This document shows, piece by piece, positions 36,831 through 51,029 of a DNA stretch of 64,000 nt (position 1 is the stretch's first letter; each line of letters opens with the position of its first letter). Position numbers and translations under genes: made by a program. The notes under the pieces are model-generated. The model made no database searches and was not told the DNA's origin. It worked only from the letters and a program-made list of their open reading frames with translations. The DNA is from Octopus sinensis (lineage: Eukaryota), in NCBI RefSeq assembly GCF_006345805.1, contig NC_043003.1, positions 17,546,001 to 17,610,000 of the forward strand, given 5' to 3'.

Positions 36831-37194
36831 TCGTTAATTCAGTGTAGGGAATTGGCACTCTGCCAGTTATGATGACGAGTGTTCCAGTTGATCCAACCAA
36901 TGGAACAGCTTGCTCATGAAATTAATGTGTATGTGGCTGAGTATTCCACAGACACATGTACCCTTAATATAGTTCTCAGGGAGATTCAGTATGACACAGA
37001 ATGTGACAAGGCTGGCCCTTTGAAATACAGGAACTACTCATTTTTTTGTCAGCTAAATGGCCTGGAGCAACAGGAAATGAAGTGTCTTGCTTAAGGATAC
37101 AACATCTCCAGGAATTGAACTCAGGACCTTGCAATCATAAGCCAAATTATACCTTAACCACGAAGCCATGTGCCTTCATGTAGTGAATTATATA

Positions 37195-37577
37195 TTCTTT
37201 ACTCTTTTACTTGTTTCAGTCATATGACTGTGGCCATGCTGGAGAACTGCCTCAAGTCGAGCACATCGACCTCAGGACGTATTCTTTTGTAAGCCTAGTA
37301 CTTATTCTATTGGTCTCTCTTGCCGAACTGCTAAGTAATGGGGATGTAAACACACCAGCATCAGTAGTCAAGCGATGTTGGGGGCACAAACACAAACACA
37401 TACACAAATATATACACATATATATGACAGGCTTCTTTCAGTTTCCGTCTACAAAATACATTCACAAGGCTTTGGTCAGCCCGAGGCTATAGTAGAAGAC
37501 ATTTGCCCAAGGTGCCACGCAATGGGAACGAACCCGGAACCATGTGGTTGGTAAGCAAGCTACTTACCACACAGCCA
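37195..37577 (-). mobile_element. SINE family A copy
   Basis: Full head and tail. Confidence 0.85.
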
Positions 37578-38046
37578 CTGATTCTTTAAAACTTCAAAAT
37601 ACTGTACCAAATGACTTGTCTGGTCGTTTTACCATTATTTGTTTGATATTTTGCTGCACTGAGTAGAAACCTTTTCATATCCATGAGGTTTGGGAGGAAA
37701 AAAAATATATAAGTAATTAAGATATTATCTGCAATGTTTATGAAATATAATATCAGTGATAAAAATATTTTACTGCTCTGAGTCAACAACCTTCTCTTAT
37801 CTCTGAAGTTTATATGAAATAACTTCAACTGACTCAAAAATACTCTCGCACCAAAATAAAATGTTTTGCCATAAAAAATAAGAAATATGTAGACAAAGCC
37901 AGTGGGTGAACCAGTTTGCTTTGCAACCGTTTGATTTCAGATTTGATCCCATTGTAATTCACTTTGGATAAATGTCTTGCCTTGTGTTCACCAATGCTGC
38001 CATCGCCACCACCGCCACCACAGCCATCATCATCATCATCATCATC

Positions 38047-38096
<50 letters not shown>

Positions 38097-39450
38097 ATCA
38101 TCATCAATCATCATCATCATCATCATCATCATCATTTAGCGTCTGCTTTCCATGCTGGCATGGGTTAGATGCTTTGACTGGAAAGCTGCACCAAATTTCA
38201 GTCTGATTTGGTTCAGTTTCTACAGCTTGATGCCCTTCCTAATGCCAACCACTCCGAGAGTGTAATGGGTGCTTTTTACATACCACCAACACAAGTGCTA
38301 GTTACATGACAACGGTATCAACCAAAACTGCGATTTCTCTTGGCTTGACAAGTCTTCTCAAGCACAACATATCACCAAAGGTTTTGGTCAGTCCTCATTG
38401 TCATGTGAGCAGAATTTTGGTAGATGGAAACTATATCAAAGACCACCACATGTCATTGCTTTAATGTCCACTTCCCCATACTTTCATGGGTTCAATAGAA
38501 TTTATTGAAACAGCTTTTCTATGTTCATATGCTCTGTCTGTTACCATGGCACTCGAGCCCCGTGCTAGTAGGGTATTAAGAGCACCATCCGAGCTTGATC
38601 GTTGCCAGAGTGGCTATCTGGCCTCCATGCCGGTGGCACGTAAAAGACACCATTCGAGTGTGATCATTACCAGCATCGCCTTACTGGCACCTGTGCCGGT
38701 GGCATGTGTAAAAGATTCGAGTGAGGTCATTGCCAGTACCGCCTAACTGGCCCCATGCCGATGGCACATAAAAGCACCCACTACACTCTCAGAGTAGTTG
38801 GCATTAGGAAGGGCATCCAGCTATAGAAACTCTGCCAGATCAATACTGAAGCCTGGTGCAGCCATCTGGTTCACCAGCTCTCAGTTGAATGACTGAGGGC
38901 TGGTGAACCAGCATGGAAAGCGGACGTTAAACGATGATGATGATGATATAAGATTAGTACCAGAGGTTGACATTGGTTAACATAGAGACAATCTCTGGTT
39001 GTTGACATAGAGTGACAAAGTCTTTTCCGCTTAAATTTTCTAGAGAGGCTACTAGCTAGAGAGGACATAGGCCTAGGGCCTGAAGAACCATTACAAAGTT
39101 AAGCTCTTTACAGATGTGAGACCTAAGGTAACCCCATAGACTGGCTATATCTATTTTTATCTATCTACACACACACATACACACACACACACACGCACCT
39201 ACATACACATATTAAATAATCAGAATATGGAGTAAAAGAGTATATATTTTTCTAATTTCAAAACAACATTCGATATATTATAAAAACTTTATCTTCTCCA
39301 TCTCTAACGAGCAGAAGTATTGTCTATCAATGTGTATCAACAATGGATTCCGTTATAATGACAATACTTTCATGAAACGATCATAAGATGCATTAATTAA
39401 CAAATTTTTAAGCTGTCATGCTTCATATATTTTTAATACAATACTATTTT

Positions 39451-39856
39451 AGACGCAGGAGTGGCTGTGTGGTAAGTAGCTTGCTTACCAACCACATGGT
39501 TCCGGGTTCAGTCCCACTGAGTGGCATCTTGGGCAAGTGTCTTCTGCTATAGCCCCGGGCCAACCAATGCCTTGTGAGTGGATTTGGTAGATGGAAATTG
39601 AAAGAAACCTGTCGTGTATATGTATATATATGTATGTGTGTGTTTGTGTGTCTGTGTTTGTCCCCCTAGCATTGCTTGACAACTGATGCTGGTATGTTTA
39701 CGTCCCCGTCACTTAGCAGTTCAGCAAAAGTGACCGATTGAATAAGTACTGGGCTTACTAAGAATAAGTCCCGGGGTCGATTTGCTCGACTAAAGGCGGT
39801 GCTCCAGCATGGCCGCAGTCAAATGACTGAAACAAGTAAAAGAGTAAAAGAGTAAA
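39451..39856 (+). mobile_element. SINE family A copy, near consensus
   Basis: agacgcaggagtggctgtgtggtaag...gactgaaacaagtaaaagagtaaaagagtaaa. Confidence 0.9.
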
Positions 39857-40924
39857 GCGACATATATATCATCGTGAAGAATTTTTTAAATATTGAATTT
39901 CATGCTATTATTTCAAAATACAGTATATACATACATACATACATACATACATACATCATCATCATCATTATCATTTAACGTCCGTTTTCCATGCTAGCAT
40001 GGATTGGATGGTTCAACCAGGGTCTGGTAAACCATGGAGGCTGCACCAGGCTCTAGTCTGATTTGGCAGTGTTTCTACAGCTGGATGCCCTTCCTAATGC
40101 CAACCACTCCGTGAGTGTAGTGGGTGTTTTTTACGTGCCACCGGCACAGGGGCCAGAGTAGACTAGCAAACAGCCATGATTGGTTGGTGCTATTACGTGT
40201 CACCGACACGGACGCCAGTCAGGCAGCGCTAGTATCTGCCACGTTCGGACAGTGCTTTTTACGTGTCACCGGCACGGGTGTCTTAGCTGCAATTTCCAAT
40301 GCACATATATATATAAAAGATGAACCTCTTTCAGTTTCCATCTACCAAATCCACTCTTTTCCTGTAGCTCTGGGCCAGCCAGAGCTACAGGAAAAGATAC
40401 TTGCCCATGGTGCCACACAGTGGGACTGAACCCAGAATCAACCATATGGTTAGGCTGGGATGGCAATTTTTTAACGACACATCCACGCTTAAAGCTGCTT
40501 TGTACTTAAGAAAAGATAAGAGTTTAAACTCCACCAGCAACAGTATTTCATATGAGAATATGTAATGTTGAGTATCATTAGCTTTGAAAAACATTGTGTC
40601 CGATGCAAGTTGATAAAAGAAAGAAAATATAACAATGGAAACTTAAGAGCAGGAATTTTTATCGTAAGAGATTTGTACAAAACAAAAGCCTCCTTATATA
40701 CGTAAGACTCTCGTGATAATGGGAATTTACTGGCATTCCTGGATACAATGTTTAAAGGCTGTGTTATTGGAAAACAATTCAACTGCATGAAAAAGAAGTA
40801 GAATGTATGTATATATTTTGAGATGTGCTCTCAATGTGTCCATGCCACTAACAGACTTCCACAAGAGTTCCCGAGAAAGAATAAGTAGACAGGTAAAGTA
40901 GGTAAACAAATACAAGTCATAGAA

Positions 40925-41204
40925 TATCCTCCTCCTCTTCTTCTTCTTCCTCCTCCCCTTCCTCTTCCTCCTCCTCCTTGCCATCATCATGATTATCATC
41001 ATCATCAATGTCATAATCATCATTATCATCATCATGGTCATCATGATCATCATCATCACTATCACCATCATCATCACAATCAATCCGATCCTCTTCCTCC
41101 TCCTCCTCCCCGTCATCATCATGATTATCATCATAGTCAGTAATGTCATAATCATCATCATCATCATCATCATGGTCATCAGTATTATCATCATCCTTCT
41201 CCTC

Positions 41205-41241
<37 letters not shown>

Positions 41242-41357
41242 CAATCATCCCGATCCTCCTCCTCCTCCTCCTCGTCATCATCATGATTATCATCATCATC
41301 AATGTCATAATCATCATTATTATTGTCATGGTCATCAGCATCATCATCATCATCATT

Positions 41358-41388
<31 letters not shown>

Positions 41389-41615
41389 CAATCATCCCGA
41401 TCCTCCTCCTCCTCCTCCTCGTCATCATCATGATTATCATCATCATCAATGTCATAATGATAATTATTATTGTCATGGTCATCAGCATCATCATCATCAT
41501 CATCCTCATCATCGTCAGTAATGTCATCATCATCATCATCATCAACATCATCATCATCAGAATCATCCTGGTCCACTTCATCCTCCTCCTCCTCAATATC
41601 ATCATCATCATCTTG
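40925..41615. repeat. (CAT)n/(CTC)n array with higher-order ~120-165-bp units
   Basis: The unit anchor acaatca..ccgatcctc recurs at 41076, 41241 and 41388. Confidence 0.9.
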
Positions 41616-41991
41616 TAATGCTCGCTGTTCCAAGCTTGCGTGAGTCAGAGGGAATTCAATGAGGCAGGTTTTCTAAGGCTACAGCCAGATGTCCTTCCTG
41701 TTGTTAACTTTTACCTGTTACAAACGAAGGTAGCATTTCCCAATAGGCTGGACATGTTTTCACATAAGATTAAAAATGAACGACACCACTTGTATGATGG
41801 TGACACTCATTTACAATATTCATGCAATGTCAATTAGAGATGACACTTGGTCTAAGTGACTTGCAGTGGGATTGAACCCAAAACTTCTTTAGCACACAGC
41901 TACATAATATGCTCATTCCTATGATCACAAACAATAAAATCATAAAACCATAAAAGGAAATATTACTGAATAAAATTTGGGTTATTTACAT

Positions 41992-43078
41992 CAGTGCTAC
42001 TCAAAGTGGTGGTCCGCAGACTGGTACCGACCCGCAAGCCATCAGCTGCCAGTACATGGCGAATTTCCAGAAAAGAAAGAAACATTATAAAATGCTTATA
42101 AAATGCATATAAAATTCTTATAAAATGCTTATGTAATATTGCATTATTTGTTTACAAAATAAATATAAGATAAAAAAAGATTGTCAACTTTTATTATATT
42201 CGTTATATATATATATATAGGTGCAGGAGTGGCTGTGTGGAAAGTAGCTTGCTTACCAACCACATGGTCCCAGGTTCAGTCCCACTGCATGGCAACTTGG
42301 GCAAGTGTCTTCTACTGTAGCCTCGGGCTGACCAAAGCCTTGTGAGTGGATTTGATAGACGTAAACAGGAAGAAGCCCGTCGTATATGTATATGTGTGTG
42401 TGTGTGGAAGCACATGGCCTAGTGATTAGAGCAGCGGACTTAATGTTGAGGGATCGCGAGTTCGAGTCTCAGACCGGGTGATATATGTGTTTATGAGCGA
42501 AACACCTAAGCTCCACGTGGCTCCAGCAGAAGGTAATGGCAAACTTCTGCTGACTCTTCACCACAACTTTCTCTCACTCTGTCCTCCTGCATCTTGTAGC
42601 TCACCTGTGACGGATCAGCGTCCCATCCAGGTGAGGAACCTATACACCAAGGAAACTGGGAAACCAGCCCTATGAGCCAGGCATGGCTCGAGAAGGAACA
42701 AACAAAATAAACATATATATATATGTATGTGTGTGCATATGTCTGTGCATATGTCTGTGTGTCTGTGTTTGTCCCGCCAATATCACTTGACAACCGATGC
42801 TGGTGTGCTTACGTCCCCGTAACCTAGCGGTTCAGCAAAAGCAATCGATAGAATAAGTACTAGGCTAACAGAAGAATAAGCTCTGGGATCGATTTGCTTG
42901 ACTATAGGCAGTGCTCCAGCATGGCCACAGTCAAATGACTAAAACAAATAAAAGAATAAAAGAGCAAAAGAATATTGTTTCCAGTATAAATTAACATTAC
43001 TAAGAAATATTATCGGTCCCTGGCACATTGGTAAACAAAACTGCCGGTACACTACATCAGATAATTTGAGAAACACAG
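41992..43078. mobile_element. hAT-type MITE containing SINE A, which contains SINE B
   Basis: TIRs CAGTGCTACTCAAA/TTTGAGAAACACAG; TSD ATTTACAT/ATTTAGAT. SINE A lies at ~42219-42968 and is split by SINE B at ~42404-42710. Confidence 0.85.
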
Positions 43079-44112
43079 ATTTAGATTATAAAACATTTGA
43101 TAAAATTATTGAATATTTCAGTAACGTAACACTTCAGAAGCTGTTGCATCATGCCTCTATCTCCCAAAACGACACAAAAAAACCCCCCAAAATAGTAAAG
43201 AAATCAAAAACAGTCAAAAGCATGGTTACACACTGAAAGTAAAAGAAAAGGAGTCAACACAGAATTTCTGTTTTTTTTTTTTATTTGTCTTCATAGGTAG
43301 TGAGCTGGCAGAATCATTAGCATGCCAGTAAAATGCTCAGCAGTATTTCATCTGCTGCTACGTTCTGAGATGAAATTCCATTGAGGTCGACTTTGCCTTT
43401 CATTCTTTCAGGGTCGATTAAATAAGTACCAGTTACACATTGAGGTAAATGTAATTGACTTAATCCGTTTGTCTGTCCTTGTTTGTCCTCTCTGTGTTTA
43501 GCCCCACGTGAGTAATAAAGAAATAGGTATTTCGTCTGGTATTTTGTTCTGAGTTCAAATTCCACCGAGGTTGTCTTTGCCTTTCATCCTTTTGGGGTCG
43601 ATGAAATAAGTACCAGATATGCACTGGGGTTGATGTAATCGACCAACCCTGCCTTCTCCCCAAAATTTTCAAGGCCTTGTGACTAGAGTAGAAATAAAAT
43701 AACTTCTAAAACTTACCTTTCTTTTGCCAGGGGTGTCCTCTGCATGAAGAAAATATAGCTAAGTGTGGGTTAATGAATTTTGTGTAGTGAGCCAAAAATA
43801 ATTCTTAATTGATTCCAATTGATTCAAATTGCGCCTGTAATGAAAAGAAAAGTCATTAGCCATTTGCATTAATGACAATCTTTATGCATGAGTGATAAGG
43901 GAGAAAACTTTAGACTTTAAATTTTTTAAGTTAATAAAAATGAAAAGGATAATGAAACAGTGGGGTAGTTCAGTCTTTGATTGTTACGATGATAAAGCTG
44001 AGCATATTTTGGTCTCATCAGAACCTTCTCAGATAGACATAGTCTAACGTACTGCTATCAAGTTTTAAAATAATTTTTAAACAATATTGAATTTTTCATA
44101 AAAATTATTAAT

Positions 44113-44548
44113 TAGGCATCGGAGTGGCTGCATGGTAAGTACCTAGGCGTAGGAGTGGCTGTGCAGTAAGTAGCTTGCTTACCAACCACATGATTCCGGG
44201 TTCAGTCCCACTGCGTGGCACCTTGGGCAAGTGTCTTCTACTATAGCCTTGGGCTGACCAAAGCCTTGTGAGTCGATTAAGTAAATGGAAACTGAAAGAA
44301 GCCTGTTGTATATATGTATGTGTGTGTGTATATGTTTGTGTGACTGTGTTTGTCCCGTCAACATCACTTGACAACCGATGCTTGTGTGTTTACATACCCG
44401 TAACTTAGCGGTTCGGCAAAAGAGACCGATAGAATAAGTACTAGGCTTACAAAGAATAAGTCCTGGCTTCGATTTGCTCGACTAAAAGTGGTGCTTCAGC
44501 ATGGCCACAGTCAAATGACTGAAACAAGTAAAAGAGTAAAAGAGTAAA
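44113..44548 (+). mobile_element. SINE family A copy with duplicated head
   Basis: taggcatcggagtggctg...ggtaagta is followed directly by taggcgtaggagtggctg...agtaagtag. Confidence 0.85.
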
Positions 44549-45204
44549 AAAATGGATCATAACATAGTGAATGTAATGAGACAAAAAAGCATATCAAATC
44601 AATAGAAATTACACCCATAATAATAATAATAATGTCATTAGTGCTTTAATTATATAATGAACCATGTTCTTTTAGTTTTCTTTATAGAAATCTTTTCTGA
44701 AACATAGTATAGGTTCAGAGCATAGTTCTTTTAATTGTAATTTTTATTTATGCGCCCTCTTCAAGCCTAGCCAGGCTCATGGGCCCGATTTCCCAGTTTC
44801 TAAGGTGTATGTGTTCCCCCCAGTCCATCGCAGCATTACTCAAGAAACAGAAAGAAAGAGTGAGAGAAAGTTGGGGCAAAATAGTACAACAGGGGTCGCC
44901 ACCACTCCCTGCCGGAACCTTGTGGAGCTTTAGGTGTTTTCACTCAATAAACACACACAATGCTCAGTCTGAGAATTGAAACTGCAATCCTCTGACCGCG
45001 AGTCGGCTGCCCTAACCACTGGGCCATTTTAATTGTAAAATAATATGTAAATATTTGTGTGGTTTTTCTACCATAATTTTGAAGAGTATTTTCATAAAAA
45101 CTGCTTTTTTATCTTTGAAACAGTTGCAAATGTAATTTTGAAATTTAAATGGAAATGTCTATGTATGTATGCATGTATGTATGTATGTATTTTGTATCTG
45201 TCTG

Positions 45205-45247
<43 letters not shown>

Positions 45248-45280
45248 GTTTATCTATCTATCTATCTATATATCTATCTG

Positions 45281-45312
<32 letters not shown>

Positions 45313-47012
45313 TATCTGTAAACACACACGTTTGCATATATGTATGTGTATACATACATGCAGACATAAAATACATATATTCATATATATCTATGTATGT
45401 GTGTCTGTAGATTTATATATAAATGTGTGTGCGTGTGTGTGTGTTTGTATCCAACATAACGTGGATATCTGGCAAGAACACTGAATACTGTTATAAGCTT
45501 TGAGAGATCCTCTTATACAGGCGCTTGGTGCTTAAAGCACACACATATATCACAGCAGATAAGAATCATCTGTTGATGGCACCAGAACTCCCATATCCTT
45601 TAAATTCATTTTACTGGGAATCATCAGTGTGAGTTGTCCAGTCACTGCATGCCAGTGAAATCTCACAGTGAAGGTATATAGAATTTCTGGAGCTTTTCAG
45701 ACACTGATATCACAAATAGTCAGCAGGCTTATTAATGATTAATTATTAACAACATGAGCAGTATTAGTACCCAAAAGTAATCTTTATATCCAACTTAACA
45801 TGGATGTCTTATTAGAATGCTGAATGCTTGAATGCTGTGTTATTAGCCATGAGAGATCCTATCTTGTAAGTGCTTGTTGCATAAAAGCAGACATAGGTTC
45901 ATAGCAGATGAGAATCGTCTGTCAGTGGCATTGGAACTGCCACGTCATGTGATTTTATTCAACTGAAAATCTTCAGTGTCCATGATACTATATAAGCAAA
46001 GTGTTCTAATTCTTTGTTTTGTGGAGGAATCAAAAGAAACCAAACTCATTTGGTCTTAAAATCATACTATATGCAAATTTAAATACATTTAATTTTTTAG
46101 ACATAACTCTGAAGCTAGATGCTAGTAGTTATTTATTTTATAAACAATGGGACAAAAAATCGCCTCCTTAGTAATATAAATTCCAACTAGTCCCTGGTAA
46201 TGTTTAGAAGCTTTGTTAATAATATTAGTAAGTGTATATCCAGTTTATCTTTTGACAAGGAATTTTTATATATGCTTCTTTATATTAAAAAGATGCATAT
46301 ATATTGTGGATTCAAAGGAACAATACTAATAATAAAAAGCATAAAAATATGAAATAAAATACCATATGGCATGATCCACCACATAGTTGCAATGGTTGCT
46401 TCCATATTTTCAAGATTTTCTTATAAATGAGTATTTTTCCATAGATATTATTGATATCATTAGATTTCCAAAGGAAATAGTCTTAATGTGCGCTATATTT
46501 TCATAAACTTTATTGTTTTCATTGCCAAATAAGCAGATAAAACATTTCTAGTACTAACATGCAAAATTCTTCTCTCTATGTAATTTGCCTGACCAGTAGC
46601 ATGTTTCTTTCAATCAAAAATAAAAACTATAATTCATTGGATGAAGGTCTTTCTTGCAAATAACTGAAATCAAGAGTTAAACAAAGTTTACAGAAAATCC
46701 ATTGGGAAAGAATTCTTACCACATGCACTTGTATTCAGGCATACAGAAATAAATATGTGAATACTTGCATACACTTTCGTCAATGTTTATTCAAGAATGT
46801 CCAAATTCTAACTGACAAAACATAGTTTATTTCCCATATATATGATTTGTCATGCTCTGAAATATAGCTGGATCTTGAAAAATAGAATTTTGTTATTTAT
46901 CTACATTAAGCTTGCCTTATCAATAGCCACATCATTTGCTTTTGTGTGTCTTACACATGAAACTAAAGACATGAAAATAACTGTTTACATATTTGAATAG
47001 ATAAATATATTC

Positions 47013-47415
47013 TCTTTACTCTTTTACTTGTTTCAGTCATTTGACTGCGGCCATGCTGGAGCACCGCCTTTAGTCGAGCAAATCGACCCCGGGACTAATT
47101 CTTTGTAAGCCCAGTACTTATTCTATCGGTCTCTTTTGCCGAACCGCTAAGTGACGGGGACGTAAACACACAAGCACCGGTTGTCAAGCGATGTTGTGGG
47201 GGGGGGACAAACACACACACACACATACACATATATACATATATATATACATATATATACGACAGGCTTCTTTCAGTTTCCGTCTACCAAATCCACTCAC
47301 AAGGCTTTGGTCAGCCCGGGGCTATAGCAGAAGACACTTGCCCAAGATGCCACGCAGTGGGACTGAACCCGGAACCATGTGGTTGGTTAGCAAGCTACTT
47401 ACCACACAGCCACTC
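47013..47415 (-). mobile_element. SINE family A copy, near consensus
   Basis: Full head and tail. Confidence 0.88.
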
Positions 47416-48404
47416 ATATGTCTTCCATATGACAATCGAATAAAGGAACATATTACACACTCACAAATGCTTTTGAGACAATCAGTCAAATTTCATTCAC
47501 AAATCCATACATTAATATTCTTACAAATATTTTACTGAAATATTCTTATGCTCTATCTCGTCTTCCATTGCTTGAATAATGGACACTGTAAAACTCTTAG
47601 TTATGTTAATCACCAATTACTAATAACCCATTACAGCTTTTAACCAAATTAATAGCCGTATAAAGAGTACGGTTTTAGCTTGAGATTTATGGAATACGCA
47701 CCAAAACAAATTAGAATAATGCTAGTACAATAATTTTGATAATAAAAGATGATTTAGTAAAATCTCAAAATATGATCCAAAGCTGTAATTTACAATATAT
47801 TTTCTCTTGTCTAGTTGCCTATAGCCATTAATTTTCTTAACCTATTATTTTGTTTTCCTTTCATCTACCTGTATATACATGCATTCACACACATAAGCAC
47901 ACACATACACATGCACATATATATACATGCACACTAAGATGACATGTTCACAGACATAATACATGTATTTGTAAGTATGCATATGTTTATATGTATGCAA
48001 ATATATATATATGTGTGTGTCTAAGATGTGAGCTGGCAGAATTGCTGTGGTTGTGTGGAAAGTAGCTTGCTTACCAACTACATGGTTCCAGGTTCATTTC
48101 CACTGCATGGCACGTTGGGCAAGTATCTTCTACTATAGCCTCAGGGTGACCAAAGCCTTGTAAGTGGATTTGGTAGACGGAAACTGAAAGAAGCCCGTCG
48201 TATATATGTATATATATATGTATGTGTGTGTGTATATGTTTGTATGTCTGTGTTCGTCCTCCCCAATATCGCTTGATAAGTGATGGTGGCGTGTTTGTGT
48301 CCCTGTAACTTACCGGTTCTTCAAACAGATACTAGACATCCCCCTCTCCATACTACCAGATGAAAAGCACGACATCAGGTACAGACCATGGTAGTAGTAG
48401 TAGT

Positions 48405-48447
<43 letters not shown>

Positions 48448-48588
48448 AAGTAGTTGCAGCAGCAGCAGTAGTAGTAGTATAGTAGTAGAATTCAAGCTGT
48501 AATTATTGCGAAAGGCAGTTCTACCCCCTATTAAAAGAAATTTGTTTGAAAGTTTAAGGTGTTTCCATTATTTTGTCTAACCCCTGTG

Positions 48589-48636
<48 letters not shown>

Positions 48637-49024
48637 ATATATATATATGCAGCATGGAATTTTGTCAGTGAACAGTTCGCTGTCTCAAAGCGCCGAAAAT
48701 TTAGGCAAATAAAATTTAAATGTTGAAGTGAATCTAACAGTTTTTGTTGTTTCTTAAATGGCTTATAAGCACCTTGCACGCTGCAATTGTTTTCCTTCCA
48801 GCACACAATCTCAGATCAGGTCACTTGCTATGCAATTACATCTCCATAATACATACATATATATATTCTTACATATAAGAGACCAAAATGTATGTACGCC
48901 ATTATATATATATATATATATATATATATTCCAACAATTGAGGGCAAAATTAATTAATTATTAATCAATTTCACCAAGTGTTCAGTATGCAAAGGGACCA
49001 TTCAAGGCGAATTCAAATTATTAC

Positions 49025-49312
49025 ATTATATAAAAGGGCTTAGTAAAATAAATTACTTTGCCGCATACTGAACTCATTAGAAATAGCAGCTAAAAAACTT
49101 TTTTAAAGCTATTTCTAATACTTAAAGAAAATCTCTCTCATATATAGTGTTTGCTTAATTCAACTCACACAAGTTGTGTGAGTTGAATTAAGCAAACACT
49201 ATATATGAGAGAGATTTTCTTTAAGTATTAGAAATAGCTTTAAAAAAGTTTTTTAGCTGCTATTTCTAATGAGTTCAGTATGCGGCAAAGTAATTTATTT
49301 TACTAGCCCTTT

Positions 49313-49320
<8 letters not shown>
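49025..49320. repeat. Near-perfect fold-back palindrome, ~147-bp arms, 1-nt loop
   Basis: Centre CACACAA G TTGTGTG (49173); one 1-nt indel seen; (TA)n on the right. Confidence 0.92.
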
Positions 49321-49354
<34 letters not shown>

Positions 49355-49389
49355 CAAAATGGGACAAGAACACAAAACATCCAGACAGT

Positions 49390-49434
<45 letters not shown>

Positions 49435-49446
49435 CACATATATATA

Positions 49447-50324
49447 TGATGGCAATCCCTCAAGGTTGAGGATGATGGTCTTCGCGCAAATTTACTGGTG
49501 AGTCCGTAGGTGACCGATAAGACCAATTCTTGCTTGAAAAGATCAGTCGCAGTGCGGACATCTAGTGCCGGAAGGGAGAGTCGCACGTGGTTGTTGTTGG
49601 CGCGCCTTCTGTTGTCGTCTTTTCTCCTCCAGCTCTGCAGACCTTTTCGACTCGAAAGTCACCGTTCCCTCATGGATGGTGGTTTTCCAGAGTGGTCCGT
49701 TTTTTGCCGTTTCCTCCCAGTTAGTGAAGTCGATGTCACACTTTTTGAAGTTCGTTTTCAAGGAGTCCTTGTATCGTTTCTTCTGGCCTCCTTTTGTACA
49801 CTTGCCGTCTTTGAGTTGGGAGTAGAAGATCTGTTTGGGAAGTCGTTCGTCAGTCATTCTAACCACTTGGCCGCTCCATCTTAGTTGGCCTTTGATGACA
49901 TAGGCTTCGATGCTGGTCGTTTTTGCTTCTTGTAGCACACTGACGTTAGTTCTTCTGTCTTCCCAGCTGATGTTAAGGATCTTCCGAAGACAGCGTTGGT
50001 GAAATTTCTCGAGCGTTTTCAGGTGGTGACTATACGGGGTCCAGGTTTCAGATGCTTAAAGGAGGGTTAGAATAATGACTGCCCTGTACACCATGAGTTT
50101 GGTTTCGGTTCGGATGTCCCGATCAGCAAAAACTCTTGTTCGAAGCTTGCCGAAAGCTGTTCCTGCACACCTCAGACGGTGTTGGATTTCATCGCTGAGG
50201 TCTACCTTTTCTGACAGATGGCTCCCAAGGTAGCAGAAATGGTTCACATTTTCCAGTGGAATTCCTTCGAGTTGAATCGATGGCGGGTTGTCAACACGGG
50301 CATTGGGAGGAGGTTGGTAGAGTA
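49447..50324 (-). mobile_element. 5'-truncated RTE LINE (BovB-like C-terminus)
   Basis: FCYLGS..., TKLMVYRAV..TLL(Y)ASETW, FHQRCLRKIL.ISW.D..TN.SVL, QLRWSGQV.RM...RLPKQIFYSQL..G.KKRYKD.LK and C-terminal CPHC..H..(TH); frameshifted. Confidence 0.92.
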
Positions 50325-51029
50325 AGTATATATATATATATATACACACACACATACACATTCCCATGTATGTGTGTGTGTGTATATATGTATAAACTTA
50401 AACACACACACACATATATATATATATATCCATACAAATGTAAATATATACATAGGTGTGAGTGTCCATGTATCATGTATGTGTGTACTGAAAGATGAAG
50501 ATACCGCAAAATAGCTGGGTAATGAAAATGATGCCAATATCCAACAATAATTAGATAAGGTAGTTCAAATTACTGCTGTGTGTGTGTGTGTGTGTGTGTG
50601 TTCTTTTTTTTTTTTTTGTAAATCATTATTTATCACCTTATTAGCATTTTTCTGATTAGTTTTGAATCATGTCTCATAAATTTCAAGCAGAATCTCCATC
50701 CACCTTTGCCACCCACTTCTTCCTCACCCGCCACCCCTCGTACTCTTTACTTGGCTATTAATTTAGTTAAAAGCTGTAAATGTGTCGTTAGTTATTGGTC
50801 ATTAGGTGATTGGCCTCTGACGGCAGGTGGGTGGGTGTGTGGGGGGGGGCTGACTGGAACCCCCCCACCGAAGTCAATTATTGTCTAGCAACACAAGGAG
50901 GGAGATCTGCCATTTAAAATGATAGGACAGACAATGTCACTGTTGTCCGGCATCATCTTCGTCATCATCATCATCAATATCATCAGCATTATTAGTAGAA
51001 AGGATTATTATTAGTAGTAATCGTACATC

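Noticed and set aside
39114-39127. 14-nt plus-strand micro-exon candidate (tttacag|ATGTGAGACCTAAG|gtaacc)
   Set aside because: Expected by chance in 64 kb; no linking exons.
48545-48587. Tc1-like terminal repeat (reverse CAGGGGTTAGACAAAATAATGGAAACACC next to TA)
   Set aside because: No matching second TIR was found, so element boundaries cannot be called.
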